DNA of 58,159 nt from the NCBI RefSeq assembly GCF_004010195.1, contig NW_025215087.1:1-58159 (forward strand), written 5' to 3'. The notes under the pieces were generated by a model, which saw nothing but the letters and a program-made list of their open reading frames with translations, was not told where the DNA came from and ran no database searches. This document shows positions 12,540 to 23,564 of this stretch, one piece after another. Numbering within the stretch: the first letter of the stretch is position 1; each line of letters starts with the position of its first letter. Made by a program: the position numbers and the translations under genes. This DNA comes from Chiloscyllium plagiosum (lineage: Eukaryota).

Positions 12540-12611
12540 TGAGCCAGACCTGATTCGAACACGCAACCTGCAGATCAGGAGTCAGATGCGCTACCATTGC
12601 GCCATAAGCTT
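12540..12611 (-). pseudogene. tRNA-Trp-derived pseudogene (anticodon CCA->CCT)
   Basis: Minus strand ..TATGGCGCAATGGTAGCGCATCTGACTCCTGATCTGCAGGTTGCGTGTTCGAATCAGGTCTGGCTCA matches vertebrate tRNA-Trp, with mismatches in the acceptor, anticodon and T stems. Confidence 0.85.
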
Positions 12612-12769
12612 ACAGATCGTCTGTGATCTCTATTCATGCTTAAGGGAAGTGATCGCACTGCAATGATTTTACGTTATGAATAACAACGGAGATCAACAGT
12701 TCATGTGTGTTCTGTCTCTGCCCCCTCTCCTTCTGTCTCTCGAAGTAATTTCCAACTCTATCTCAATAA

Positions 12770-13535
12770 AAAGGTGAAAGAACTGCGGATGCTGTATATC
12801 TGAAACAAAAAACAGGAGTTGCCGGAGACCCTTCCACAGAACTGATGGTGATTGGGAAAACGTTGGTTTATATGCAGGAGATATTGTGGGAGGAAGGCGG
12901 ACGCAGTTAATGATAGATCAGGGCAGAGCCCAAAGCGAGGGAAGAACTGTGGACAGGAAAGGGAGTTGATAAAGATCTGCGTGGGAGGGTGAATGGAGAC
13001 TGTTCGTGGCTAAGAATAGGTAGTGTGTAATGACAGACGATGTGATAACAAGGCTTGGTGTGTGTGGAAGGGACGAGGATACTATGGATTTCAGGCCCGA
13101 GAATTATTGAATTCGATATTGGGACCAGAGAGAATCCTAAGAGACAGGATTTACATGTATTTGGAAAGGCAAGAATTGATTAGGGATAGTCAGCATGGCT
13201 TTATGCTTGGGAAATCATGTCTCATGAACATGATTGGGTTTTTTGAAGAAGTAACAAAGTGGATTGATGAGGGCAGAGCGATGGACGTGATCTATATGGA
13301 CTTCAGGAAGGCGTGAGACCACATTATGAGCAGCAACTGCAGTCGACTGGGTTGTGGGAAGTGCAGGTCAAGTGCTGCTTCACCTGGAAGGTAAGTTTGG
13401 ACCCTTGGATAGAGACGAGGGAGCAGGTAAATGGGCTGGTGTCACACATTCGGCAGTTGCAGGGGAAAGTGCCGTTGGACTATTGGGGTGGGAATGGGGT
13501 TAGGCTTGGTGGGAATGAAGGAAGAGTGGACCCAA
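12770..13535 (-). mobile_element. Penelope-like element relic (GIY-YIG region), interrupted by a CR1 patch at 13128-13313
   Basis: Minus strand FQVKQHLTCTSHNPVDCSCCS*CGL resembles the Penelope FTCTS.N.VYCI.C..C motif; homologous to 32150-32790. Confidence 0.7.
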
Positions 13536-13559
13536 GGTATAACTCCTGCCCATTTTCCT

Positions 13560-15670
13560 ATCTGCCAAATAGAGGAATTTGTAAAGTGTGTACAAGGACA
13601 TTTTCTAATTCATAATGTGGATGTACATACTGGCGAGTGTGCAAAACCTAAGGGTAAACCATAATTCTATTAACTTTAGAACAGTGATTGAAAATAATGT
13701 ATCAGATCTAAAAGTTGAAGTTCTAAATTCGAGGAAGACTCAGGTATTAGGCAAGATCTTTCAAAAGCTGATTGGGGGTAGATGTTCGCATGTTAAAGAC
13801 TGCTGGAAAACGGGAAGCCTTCAAATATGTGATAACAAGAGTCCAGACACAGTATATTCCTGATTCGGAGATGCCGGTGTTGGACTGGGGAGTACAAAGT
13901 TAAAAAGTCACACCACACCAGGTTATAGTCCAACAGGTTTACTTGGAAGCACACTAGCTTTCTGAGCGACGCTCCTTCATTAGGTGATTGTCTGATGTAG
14001 AGTATATTCCTGTTCGGGTGAAAGGAAAGGCAGGTAGGTTGGGGAATGCTGGATGACTAGAGAAAATGAGATTTTGGTTAAGATAAAGAAGGATGTATCT
14101 ATCAGGTATCGGCAGAGAGATCGAGTGAATCCTTAGAGTATAAAGGCAGTACGAGCATACTTAAGAGGGAAATCATGAGGGCAACAAAGGGGACATGAGA
14201 TAGCTTTGGCAAATAGAGTCATGGATAACCCAAAGGACTTTTATAAATACATTAAGGACAAAAGGATAACAAGGGAGAGAATAGGGCCGGTCAAAGATCA
14301 TCAAGGCGGACTTTGTGTGGAGCTGCAGTAGATGGGGGGCGTGGGGGGGGGGGGGGGGCGGCGAGGTACTGAACAACGGATATTGTGCATCCAGTGTTTA
14401 CGTGGAGAAGGGCATGGAAGATATAGAATGTGAGAAAGTAGATGGTGACATGTTGAAAAAATGCCCATATTACAGATGAGAAATTGCTGGATATCTTGAT
14501 ATGCATAAAAGTGGATAAATCCCAAGGACCTGATCAGGAGTACCCTAGAACTCTGTGGGAAACTGGGGAAGTGATTGCTCGGCCTCTTACTGAGATATTT
14601 GTATCATCAATAGTCACAGGTGAGGTGCCGGAAGGATAGAGGGTGGCTAATGTGGTGCCACTATTTAAGAAAGGTGGTAAGGAAAAGCCAGGGAACTATA
14701 GACCAGTGAACCTGACATCCGTGATGGGCAAGGTTTTGGAGAGAATCCTAAGAGACAGGATTTACATGTATTTGGGAAGGCAAGAATTGATTAGGGATAG
14801 TCAGCATGGCTTTATGCTTGGGAAATCATGTCTCATGAACATGATTGGGTTTTTTGAAGAAGTAACAAAGTGGATTGATGAGGGCAGAGCGATGGACGTG
14901 ATCTCTCTGGACTTCAGGAAGGCGATCATCAAGGTTCCTCATGGGAACTGGTGAGCAAGGTTTAATCTCATGGCATGCAGGGACAACTAGCCATTTGGAT
15001 GCAGAACTGGCTAGAAGGCAGAAGATAGAGGGGGGTGATGGAGGTTGCTTTTCAGACTGAAGGCCTGTGACCAATGGTGTGTCACAAGGATTGATGCTGG
15101 GCCCGCTACTTTTTGTCATTTATATAAATGATTTGTATGTAAACGGAGGAGATATAGTTAGCAAGTTTGTAGATGACACCAAAATTGGAGGTGTAGTGGA
15201 CAGTAAAGAAGGTTACCTCAGATCACACTTAATGGTAAGTTCCTTGGAAGTGTTGCTGAACAAAGAGACCTTGCAGTTCAGGTTGATAGTTTCTTAAAAG
15301 TAGAGACGCAGGCAGATTGGATAGTAAAGAAGGCGTTTGGTGTGCTTTCCTTTGTTGGTCAGAGCATCGAGGATGGATGTTGGGAGCTCATGTTGCCACT
15401 GTACAGAACATTGGTCAGGTCACGTTTGGAATATTGCATGTAATTTTGGTCTGCTTCCTATCGGAAAGATGTTGTGAAACTAGAAAAGGTGTAGAAAAGA
15501 TTTACAGGGATGATGCCAGGGTTGGAGGTTGGAGGGTAGGAAGGTTTTATGGGGATTTGGGCCAAGTGCTGGCAAATGGGACTAGATTAGGTTAGGATGT
15601 CTGGGCTGCATGGATGAGTTGCACCGAAGGGTCTGTTTCTGTGCTGTACATCTGTGTCACTCTGTGAGAC
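13560..15670 (+). mobile_element. CR1 LINE ORF2 (EN C-terminus, RT, 3' UTR), internally deleted and frameshifted
   Basis: ANVVPLFKKGGKEKPGNYRPVNLTSVMGKVLE, SQHGF..GKSCL.N, LDFRKA, GVSQGLMLGPLLFVIYINDL and KFVDDTKIGG RT motifs. Confidence 0.92.
13863..14000 (-). mobile_element. Short Penelope-derived insertion with a 12-bp target-site duplication
   Basis: Flanked by AGTATATTCCTG at 13851-13862 and 14001-14012. Contains a mutated hammerhead core (CTAATGA...GAAAGCTA). Confidence 0.75.
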
Positions 15671-16440
15671 TCCATGGGATTCTCTGCCCAAGAGAGCAGT
15701 TGAGACAGCTTCATGAAGTATATTGAAGACACAGTTGGATGGGTTTTTGCATGGTAGGGGAATTAAGGGTAGTCGGGATAGTCCAGGTTGGTGGAGCTGT
15801 GACCTTAATGAATGACGGAGCAGGCTTGACCAAATGGTCTACTGCTTCTGTTACTTTAAATCTGTAACACTGCATTTCCCGCGGCCGGAGATTTCCCACG
15901 GCACAAAGGAGGTTTTCTATAGTATATTTAAACCCCTTGCTTTGCTTGAACTCAATCTGTATAGACTTGGAGGAGAGTGGGATTTGCAAAGTGCCCTCCC
16001 CTCCACACGTGCCTCAACTGCAGGACAGCTGTCGGCCCACCCTCCATTGTTGACGTCACAATGCGGATGCAGCCCTGTCAGTTTCAAAGTGAAAATCCCT
16101 CCCTCTGGGCAACATCTGGGAGTAAAGCAATGTCTCCCCCTTTCCATATACAATCCTCCGGCAGCGAGGGGGAAGGGGAGGTAGGGGTGGGTGAAACACT
16201 GTTCACTTGTAGCAACTGGAGTGAATCCAGGTAGGGAGCAGACACTCCAAAGGTGCTCAAATACTTTCTATCTCTCTTAAAGCTATTTTCCTTGTGTATT
16301 CCCTCAGTTTGGCACGTATGCAGTTTGCGGATTGCTCCTTTCCTCATGTTCACAACTAAAAGGTTGATTCTCAAGGAACTGAACAGCATTTCAGGGATTG
16401 GCACATTGCTCAAAAAAAATGTAGGTCGCATGGTGCCTGT

Positions 16441-16530
16441 GCCTCGTTGGTCTAGGGGTATGATTCTCGCTTCGGGTCTTCTGGTGCGTGGGTATGCGAG
16501 AGATCCCGGGTTCAAATCCCGGGCGAGCCC
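16441..16530 (+). tRNA. tRNA-Pro-CGG with 18-nt intron (16477-16494), near intact
   Basis: GCCTCGTTGGTCTAGGGGTATGATTCTCGCTTCGGG[TCTTCTGGTGCGTGGGTA]TGCGAGAGATCCCGGGTTCAAATCCCGGGCGAGCCC. Removing the intron gives 72 nt with intact A and B boxes and D, anticodon and T arms; one C2:C71 acceptor mismatch. Confidence 0.85.
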
Positions 16531-16653
16531 TTGTTTCTTACACTGCCTTGTGCAAAACGGCCAGCCAATACTCTCAAAAAGCAGCTTCATCAGATGAGAT
16601 CCCGTTACAATGAACGCGGCAAGGGCAGCACTTATTCAAAGAGAATACGTGCT

Positions 16654-16882
16654 TTACTTCACACAAAAGGTGGTGGGCGTTTGGAACGCGTTGTCAGCAG
16701 AGTTGGTAGAGGCAGGCACGGTAGATTCATTTCAGATTTGTCTGGATAAATGCATGAGTGGGTGGGGAGTCGAGGGATACAGATGCTAAGGAATTGACCG
16801 ACAGGTTTAGAGAGTACATTTGGATCGGCTCAAGCTTGAAGGGCCTGTTCCTGGGCTGTAAACTTTCTTTGTTCTTTGTTCT
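16654..16882 (+). mobile_element. CR1 LINE extreme 3' end with (TTCTTTG)n tail
   Basis: YFTQKVVGVWNAL motif, 3' UTR and TTTCTTTGTTCTTTGTTCT tail. Confidence 0.75.
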
Positions 16883-17639
16883 ATATGGTGTATATCTGAT
16901 ATTGTTGACTGTTGTAAAAGTTTCTTTGTAATTATTATTCACCTTCTAATGTAGTAATGGAGTTACGTCCTTTTTTTGTCATAATTTTTTATTTAATAGG
17001 TCAGCAGGAAGTCATTCAGCAATTTTACTGCCTTTCTTTTCTCAAGCAGCCTTAACATTTCATTTTCATATCCTTGATTCAGCTCCATTTCCAGCATCTT
17101 TGTAGGCAGTTTGTTCCATGTTATTGTCACTGAAATGAAGTTTTCCTCCATGCACAGTCCAGGCTATCTGGCTGCATGAGTGTTTTCAGGTTTCTGTGGC
17201 CTGGATAATATGTGATCAGCAGACATCTCGCAATCTACAGGAATTGCCACCTATGTTATGTTCAGTAACTGTACTGACAGTGATCATTTATTTTGTGATT
17301 TTTCTTTGCAGGAAGACGTGCAGAAAGAAATCTGAAAGCAAATGAAACATCAACTTCTGACAGAGCCACTTGATTCATTGGGACTTGAATATCAGCAGCC
17401 ATTCCAATCAAGAAGGCATGCTTGCTTTTGTTTGTTTGTTTGAGAGATTTTGGACAGTCCTGTGGCAGGAAGAATAATGAGACACCGAGTGAGGGAGATT
17501 CAGTGCGCTGACTGTGAAAAGTGCTTCAAACCATTTACTCAGCTTGGAGGAATCAAAGTCTCACGCCTCAAGGTGGGAAAGGCTATGTACCCGTTCTGTT
17601 TGTAATTTCAATCCCAGAGCAACACAAGGAAACCTCCCT

Positions 17640-17975
17640 CCAAAGGAGAAATCTTGGAAATGAGGAGTCTTTGGGAAAGGATTCCCTTCCCCATCCCTGC
17701 TGGAAACCCACAGACGCATTCACACCGGGAGAGGCCATTCACCTGCGCAGTATGTAGGAAGGGCTTCAGTCGGATCAGCCATCTGCAGACGCAGGAGTGA
17801 GTCCACAAGGGAGAGAAGCCATTCACGTGCACCATGTACGGGAGGGGTTTCACTCAGTCAGCTGCACTGCTGACCCACCAGCGGGTCCACCCTGGAGGCT
17901 ATTCACCTGCTGTAAGTGCCGGAAGGGATTCACCTGCTCCTCCTACCTGCGGAGGCACCAGTGAGTTCACGCGCC
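17640..17975 (+). pseudogene. C2H2 zinc-finger pseudogene, copy B
   Basis: [69 protein letters not shown], with several TGA stops and frameshifts. Candidate acceptor TTTTTCTTTGCAG at ~17311. Confidence 0.85.
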
Positions 17976-19285
17976 ATCACAGGGGGGTTGAAGGAGCGAT
18001 GGTCGAGTGCCAAGTGCTTATGCACGAAACGTCGATTCTCCTGCTCCTTGGATGCTGCCGGACCTGCTGTGCTTTTCCAACACCACACTCTGAACTCTGA
18101 TCTACAGCATCAGCATTTTTCACTTTCTCCTCGAGGGCAAGGTTGGACTTGTCTTTTATTCACTCATTCACTCCTTACAGCCTGTCCTTTGTTGTGGCCT
18201 AACTGCACATACATCAATGAAAGTTTCAGAAAGATTTCTGCAGCTTTATTTTTGAAAAAAAAACATTCTTCCCGACTGTAACGAAGTTTCTGAATATATG
18301 GTTTTAGTTATTCTCAAATTTAAAAATCAGCTATTTCTCACATGCCGTGTTTCCCAGGTAAAGTCATCACCATCCATTCTCTCTCTTCCCTGAGAAAGAC
18401 TTCATACAGCGATCAAAGAGGGCTGAGGCACGAGAAAGGACGATTGTGGGGGTGGGGAGATGAAGGGGTCGCTGGTGGTGGTGGAGAAGGGAGGGAAATG
18501 GACAGCGGAACAGACTGGGGTTCAGAGGGTTGGGGGAGAGAATAGAGGGTGCAGTGTGAGGGGAGAGAATAGGCAGAGGGCAGTGGATGGGGAGAAAATG
18601 GACAGGGGGCAGAATGTGAAGAGAGAGACAGCACAAATGCCACCTTCTCCAGGACTCGTGTCAGTGTCCCACGAACTGGAACCCACTCCTCCCACATTTC
18701 TCAAAATACGCGTGGCCAAGGCAGTGGAACCATATCATCCCTACAGACCATTCACACCCACCTTCCCAACAGCATCCCACTTCGACTCACTCGATTATGC
18801 TACAGCCCTGCAGTTCCCCATGGCTATTTCCTGACGAAGGGTTTTGCCAGAAACGTCGAGTCTCCTGCTCCTCGGATGCTGCCTGACCTGCTGTGCTTTT
18901 CCAGCTCCACACTATCGACCTTAATCTCCAGCATCTGCAGTCCTCACTTTCGCCCAGTAAGGGGTGAATGTTCTATTCCTAGTCTTTTAGATCTTTTAAA
19001 ATCTTTCCCCCACACCCTAAACCTGTACCATCTAGTTTTGGAATACCTCTACCCTGGGGAAAAGACAGAAACGTTGAGCAGCCAAACAAAATGCAAAAGA
19101 AATAAAATGTCGAGGCACAGGGGGAAAAAAATCGGTCAAATAAAATAGCTTCGGCATTTTTCTCTCGTATTCGCATTTGGACGCTTAATATTTGTCATGA
19201 TCGGGAGGTGCCCGTGTTGGACTAAGGTGTACGAAGTTAAAAATCACACAACACCAGGTTACAGTCCAATAGGCTTGTTTGGAAG

Positions 19286-19320
19286 CACTAGCTTTCGGAG
19301 CACCGCTCCTTCATCAGGTG
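19286..19320 (-). ncRNA. Minimal type-I hammerhead ribozyme motif (Penelope-derived)
   Basis: CAC-CTGATGA-A-GGAGC-GGT-GCTCC-GAAA-GC-TA-GTG: intact CUGAUGA/GAAA core, 3-bp stem I, 5-bp stem II, palindromic AGCT in place of stem III. Confidence 0.7.
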
Positions 19321-19381
19321 GTTGTGGAATATAAGATCGTAAGATCATAAATTCTGTGTCCTACGATGTTTACTCCATAAT

Positions 19382-19416
19382 CAGCTGATGAAGGAGCAGG
19401 GCTCCGAAAGCTAGTG
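19382..19416 (+). ncRNA. Minimal hammerhead ribozyme motif (inverted partner of 19286-19320)
   Basis: CAG-CTGATGA-A-GGAGC-AGG-GCTCC-GAAA-GCTA-GTG; core intact, one stem I mismatch. Confidence 0.6.
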
Positions 19417-20081
19417 CCTCCAAATAAGTCTGTTGGACTATCACCAGGTGCTTTGTGATTTTTAACTTTAAAATTTGTAACAAATTCCTGCATACTGAGC
19501 ATGCTCCACGGTGTCAGCAAGCACTGCGCATGACCGCCAGTGTCGGCAAGCACTGCGCAAACTCTTGGGTGTCCGCAGAAACGTGCGCGAGCTCCTTTCC
19601 ATGGAGCAGTGGACAACCTTGGAGGACCGGAAGGAGTCTGGTCCTCCTGCCAATCAGAGCCGGCCATTGTGGCAATGTGGAGTTTGGGCCATGAGCTCTG
19701 AAGCTGCTGTTGGTCTTTTCTCTCTGCATAAGGTTAAACTTCACCCCAGACTGTAATTTCCTTCCTCTGTCTAACATTTGTGAGTACAACAGTGTTTTTC
19801 TCACCACTTTTTCATTCTGGGGTTCAAGAGTGAACCGAGGGAGGGCCAGACTCTGGAAAAGTTGATCCAGGTCTGTGTGTCAACTTGCAAACACATGGAA
19901 AATGCAGTACCACAATGTGAAGTTCTAGCCTTTTCAGTGCATAAAAAAAGCAGAAAGGAGGTGCATTGTTTAAATGGTGATATGTTGAGATGTGGCGAAA
20001 GTGAGATGCTGGAGATCAGAGTTGAATATTGTGGCTCTGGAAAATCACAGTAGGTCAGGCAGCAACTGAGGAGGAGGAGAG

Positions 20082-20113
20082 TCGACGTTTCGGGCACGAG
20101 CCCTTCATCAGGA
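20082..20113 (-). ncRNA. Minimal hammerhead ribozyme motif in a short Penelope-derived repeat
   Basis: TC-CTGATGA-A-GGGC-TCGT-GCCC-GAAA-CG-TC-GA, with a GUC cleavage triplet. Weaker paralogs at 3115-3148(+), 4388-4419(-) and 18828-18859(+). Confidence 0.65.
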
Positions 20114-20364
20114 GTGGTGTGTGGATCGACAAAGGGCCCTCAGTGTCCTTCTACACCAGTCACTGCCAGTTGTCAGAAAGTGCAGCAAGCAATGAGCAAA
20201 GCAAGTGGTATATCAGCAAGAAGAAATGAGTTCAGAAGTGGGGATGTCTTCCTGCAGTTAAGTCGGTTATTGAATGTATTCAAGGCTGAGTTCATGTGAC
20301 TTTGAAGAACAAAGATGTTATGGGAGAAGGCAAGAAAATGGTTTTAAAGCCAGTGCAGAAACGT

Positions 20365-21690
20365 TATAGAGTCATACAGCACAGAAACAGACCATTCAGT
20401 CGAACTAGTCCATGCTGACGGTGTTCTGAAACTAAACTGCTCCCACCTGCCAATGATTGGCCTATGTCCCTCCGAACCTTTCCTATTCATGTACTTATCC
20501 AAATGTCTTTTAAACATTGTAACTGTACCTGCATCCAGCAACTCCTCTGGACATTGATTCCTCACACGAACTACTTTTTATCTTTAAAAAAAGGTGCCCC
20601 TCATGTCTTTTTAAAATATTTCTTTCTTCACCTTCAAAATTTGCTCCCTAATCTTGAACCACCCACACTAGGGAAAGAATACGTGCCATGCACCTCATCT
20701 CTACCTCTCATGATTTTATAATCCTCTCTAAGGTCACCTCTCAACCTCTGATGCTCCAGTGAAAAAAGTCCTAGCCTATTCATCTAGATGCAGGTATATT
20801 TATATCCAGTTATGAATTGTTCAATACTGGTGCCAGCTGGAAAGACAAATGACCTATTCCTGCTTCCAATTCTCTCACTGTGTCCAGGACAGCAAGAGAC
20901 CATACGACATCGGCGCAGAAATTAAGCCATTTAGCCCATCGGATCTGCTCCACCATTCACTCACGGCTTATACGTTTCTCGACCCCATTTTGAAATATGG
21001 ATTTTGGAAAGGCAGATCAGGGCAGGATCTACACATTTAATGGGGAGTGTTGTTGAATAAACATACCATGGAGTGCTAGTTCATAGTGGAGTCGCAGGTA
21101 GGCAGGATAGCAAAGAAGGTGTTTGGTATATTTGCTTTTATAGGTCAGTGCATTTCAATACAGATGTTGGGAGGTCATGTTGCGGCTGTACAGGACATTG
21201 ATTTGGCCACTTTTGGAATACTGCATTCGGTTCTGGTTTCCCTCCTACAGGAAAAGTGTTACGAACCTTTGCAAGGCTATTGCCAGAGTTGGAGGGTTTG
21301 AAATATATGGACAGGCTGAATCGGCTGGGCTGTTTTCTCTGGATCATTAGGGGCTGAGGGGTGACTTTATAGAAGTTCATAAGGAGCATGGATAGGGTGA
21401 ATAGCCAAACTCTTTTCCCCAGAGTAGGGGAGTCCAAAACTAGAGGTCATAGGTCTGAGGTGAGAGGGGAAATATTTAAAAGGAACTTTACAGGCACCTT
21501 TCTCACACAGAGGGTGTTGTGTGTATGGAATGAGCTGCCAGAGGAAGTGGTGGAGGCTGGTATAATTAAAGCATTTGAAAAGGCATCTGGTAATAAGGAG
21601 AATTGAGAGGGATATGGGTTATGTGCTGACAAACGAGACTATGTTAATTTGGGATATCTGGTCAGCACGGACAATTTGGACTGAAGAAAA
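20365..21690. mobile_element. CR1 LINE fragments (~20365-20785 on -, ~20990-21690 on +)
   Basis: MDRVNSQTLFPRVGESKTRGH...FLTQRVLCVWNELPEEVVEAG and related C-terminal motifs. Confidence 0.8.
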
Positions 21691-23564
21691 GCAGAAGTGT
21701 CATTGTGAAGACTGGACTTTCAGAGCAGCTTTCAAAGATGTTTTGTCCTTACTGGGAGCAGAAGCTACAATGAAATCTTTAATTTGTGAGACAGCAACTG
21801 AGTGAGTGAGGACATTCAGGATATTGGTGGAAAGTGGGAATTTGTTGCAATGTGGAGTTGAAGTGATTTAAGTAAAGTGTCCTGAGCAGGGAGCCTAGTG
21901 AAGGGTTAGATGAGTTTTTGTTTTAAACTGCTCATTTCTTTCAGCCTCCAACATTGTATTTCCAATGCCGTCCATCAGTGGGAGTGGTGAATCAGTAACT
22001 GGTATCGTTAGAAGCCTTAAGATTTTCAGTACTGCAGGTACAGCATTGTCTCATCAGCTTTGTAAAGGTTACTGGCAGCAGCGGGAGGTGTGGGCTGGGA
22101 TTCACTAGAAATGATTAAGCAGTTAGATTATACACGTACAAGAGGGCAGGGTGGGACTTGTCTTTCGATTTGCAGAAGGTGGGAGGTTCTGGTGCTGTGG
22201 TCCATGGCAAACACAACTGCGGTAAATCATAGAATCACTACAGCGTGGGATCAGGCCATTCATCCCATCAAGTCCACACTGACCCATCCGATGAGCATGC
22301 CACCCAGACCCACCCTATCTCGTCGTTTCAGCCAGTGAGTGAGACTAGGTCACAAGATTAGGGGGAGTAGGTGAAAGACAGAGGAGAAGGAACTGCTTTT
22401 CCCAGAGAGTGGTGAATCATTGGAATTCTCTGCCCAAGGAAGCAGTAGAAGCAGCCATATTCAAGACATAGTTCGATGGGATTTTGTATGGTAGGTGAAT
22501 TTAGGATAGTCAGGATAATGCAGGTAAGAGGAGCTGAGACGATGGATAGATGAGCCATGATCTTTACGAATGGTGGAGTAGCTCAATGGACCAAATGACC
22601 TACTCCTGATTCTGTTACTGCGAATGTATGAACATGCATTTTTCATGGCCAATCCGTATCAAGGTAGGTGAGCAATGTAGTGATGTGGAAATGAACATCA
22701 GAGAATGATAGAAAGGGACACGGAAAGTAAATGTCCCAGTCCAAAGATGTGCAGGTCAGGTCAAATGACCATGCTAAATTGTCCATAGTGTTAGGTTCAT
22801 TAATCAGAAAGAAATGGGTCTGGGTGGGTTACTCTTCAGGGTGACGGTGTGGACTTGTTGGGCCGAAGGGCCTGTTTCCACATTGTAGGGAATCGAATCT
22901 AATCAATCAAAACTGGATTCTACAGAACACAAGAATTGAAACTGAAGACTGTATGGCTGAATGTGTGTTGCAATGTAACACAACTGAATGAATTGGCTGC
23001 ACACATTGAAGAGAATAATTATGATCTGAGACTCCTTCCAGGGACGTGGCTTCAGGATGACAAGGATTGGATCTGAATATTGAGGGGGTACGTGGCATTC
23101 AAGGGAAGCGAGGTAAAGGTAGAGGGTTGGCACTGCTAATCAAAGCACTAATAACATGGTACTCTGGTATCAGCTCGGATTTCAGGTCCTGATTTCTCTG
23201 TCCTCTTCTCCCTGTTCCCTCAGACTAAGATGTTGTCTGTTCTCAGCTCAGCTGGCTTTCTGCTGAAACTTTGAGCCCCTTTTACACCTTCCAAAGCAAT
23301 AAAACATTCAGTCGATCAAGGCCCAATCCACAATATTCCCAGCCTGACAACCATCCAGAGGAGAGAGTCATCATAGCAGGGAATAAAACAAGAAAAATGA
23401 AACAAAATTAGACATAAATGCACATTTGGTGCTTAAAATGTGTTCATTAGATAGTAAACTAGAATTGGGGGTCTCCCAGGATTTTTATCATCCCCTACTT
23501 GAGGAATTCTCTCTCCCTAACAATATTTACATCAACAGAAATAAGGCATCTGTTATCAAATAGA

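Larger units (their letters stand above)
16205..23290 (+). repeat. Segmental duplication arm B (inverted vs A; direct vs C and D)
   Basis: Collinear similarity with the reverse complement of 1-7720. 19855-23290 matches 35255-39375, and ~15925-17800 matches ~24720-26045. Confidence 0.9.

Noticed and set aside
14334..14362. Poly-G tract (and poly-C at ~24802-24821) as G-quadruplex elements
   Set aside because: Homopolymer expansions, one inside a CR1 relic and one in a duplicated segment whose paralog lacks it; length unreliable, no evidence of function.
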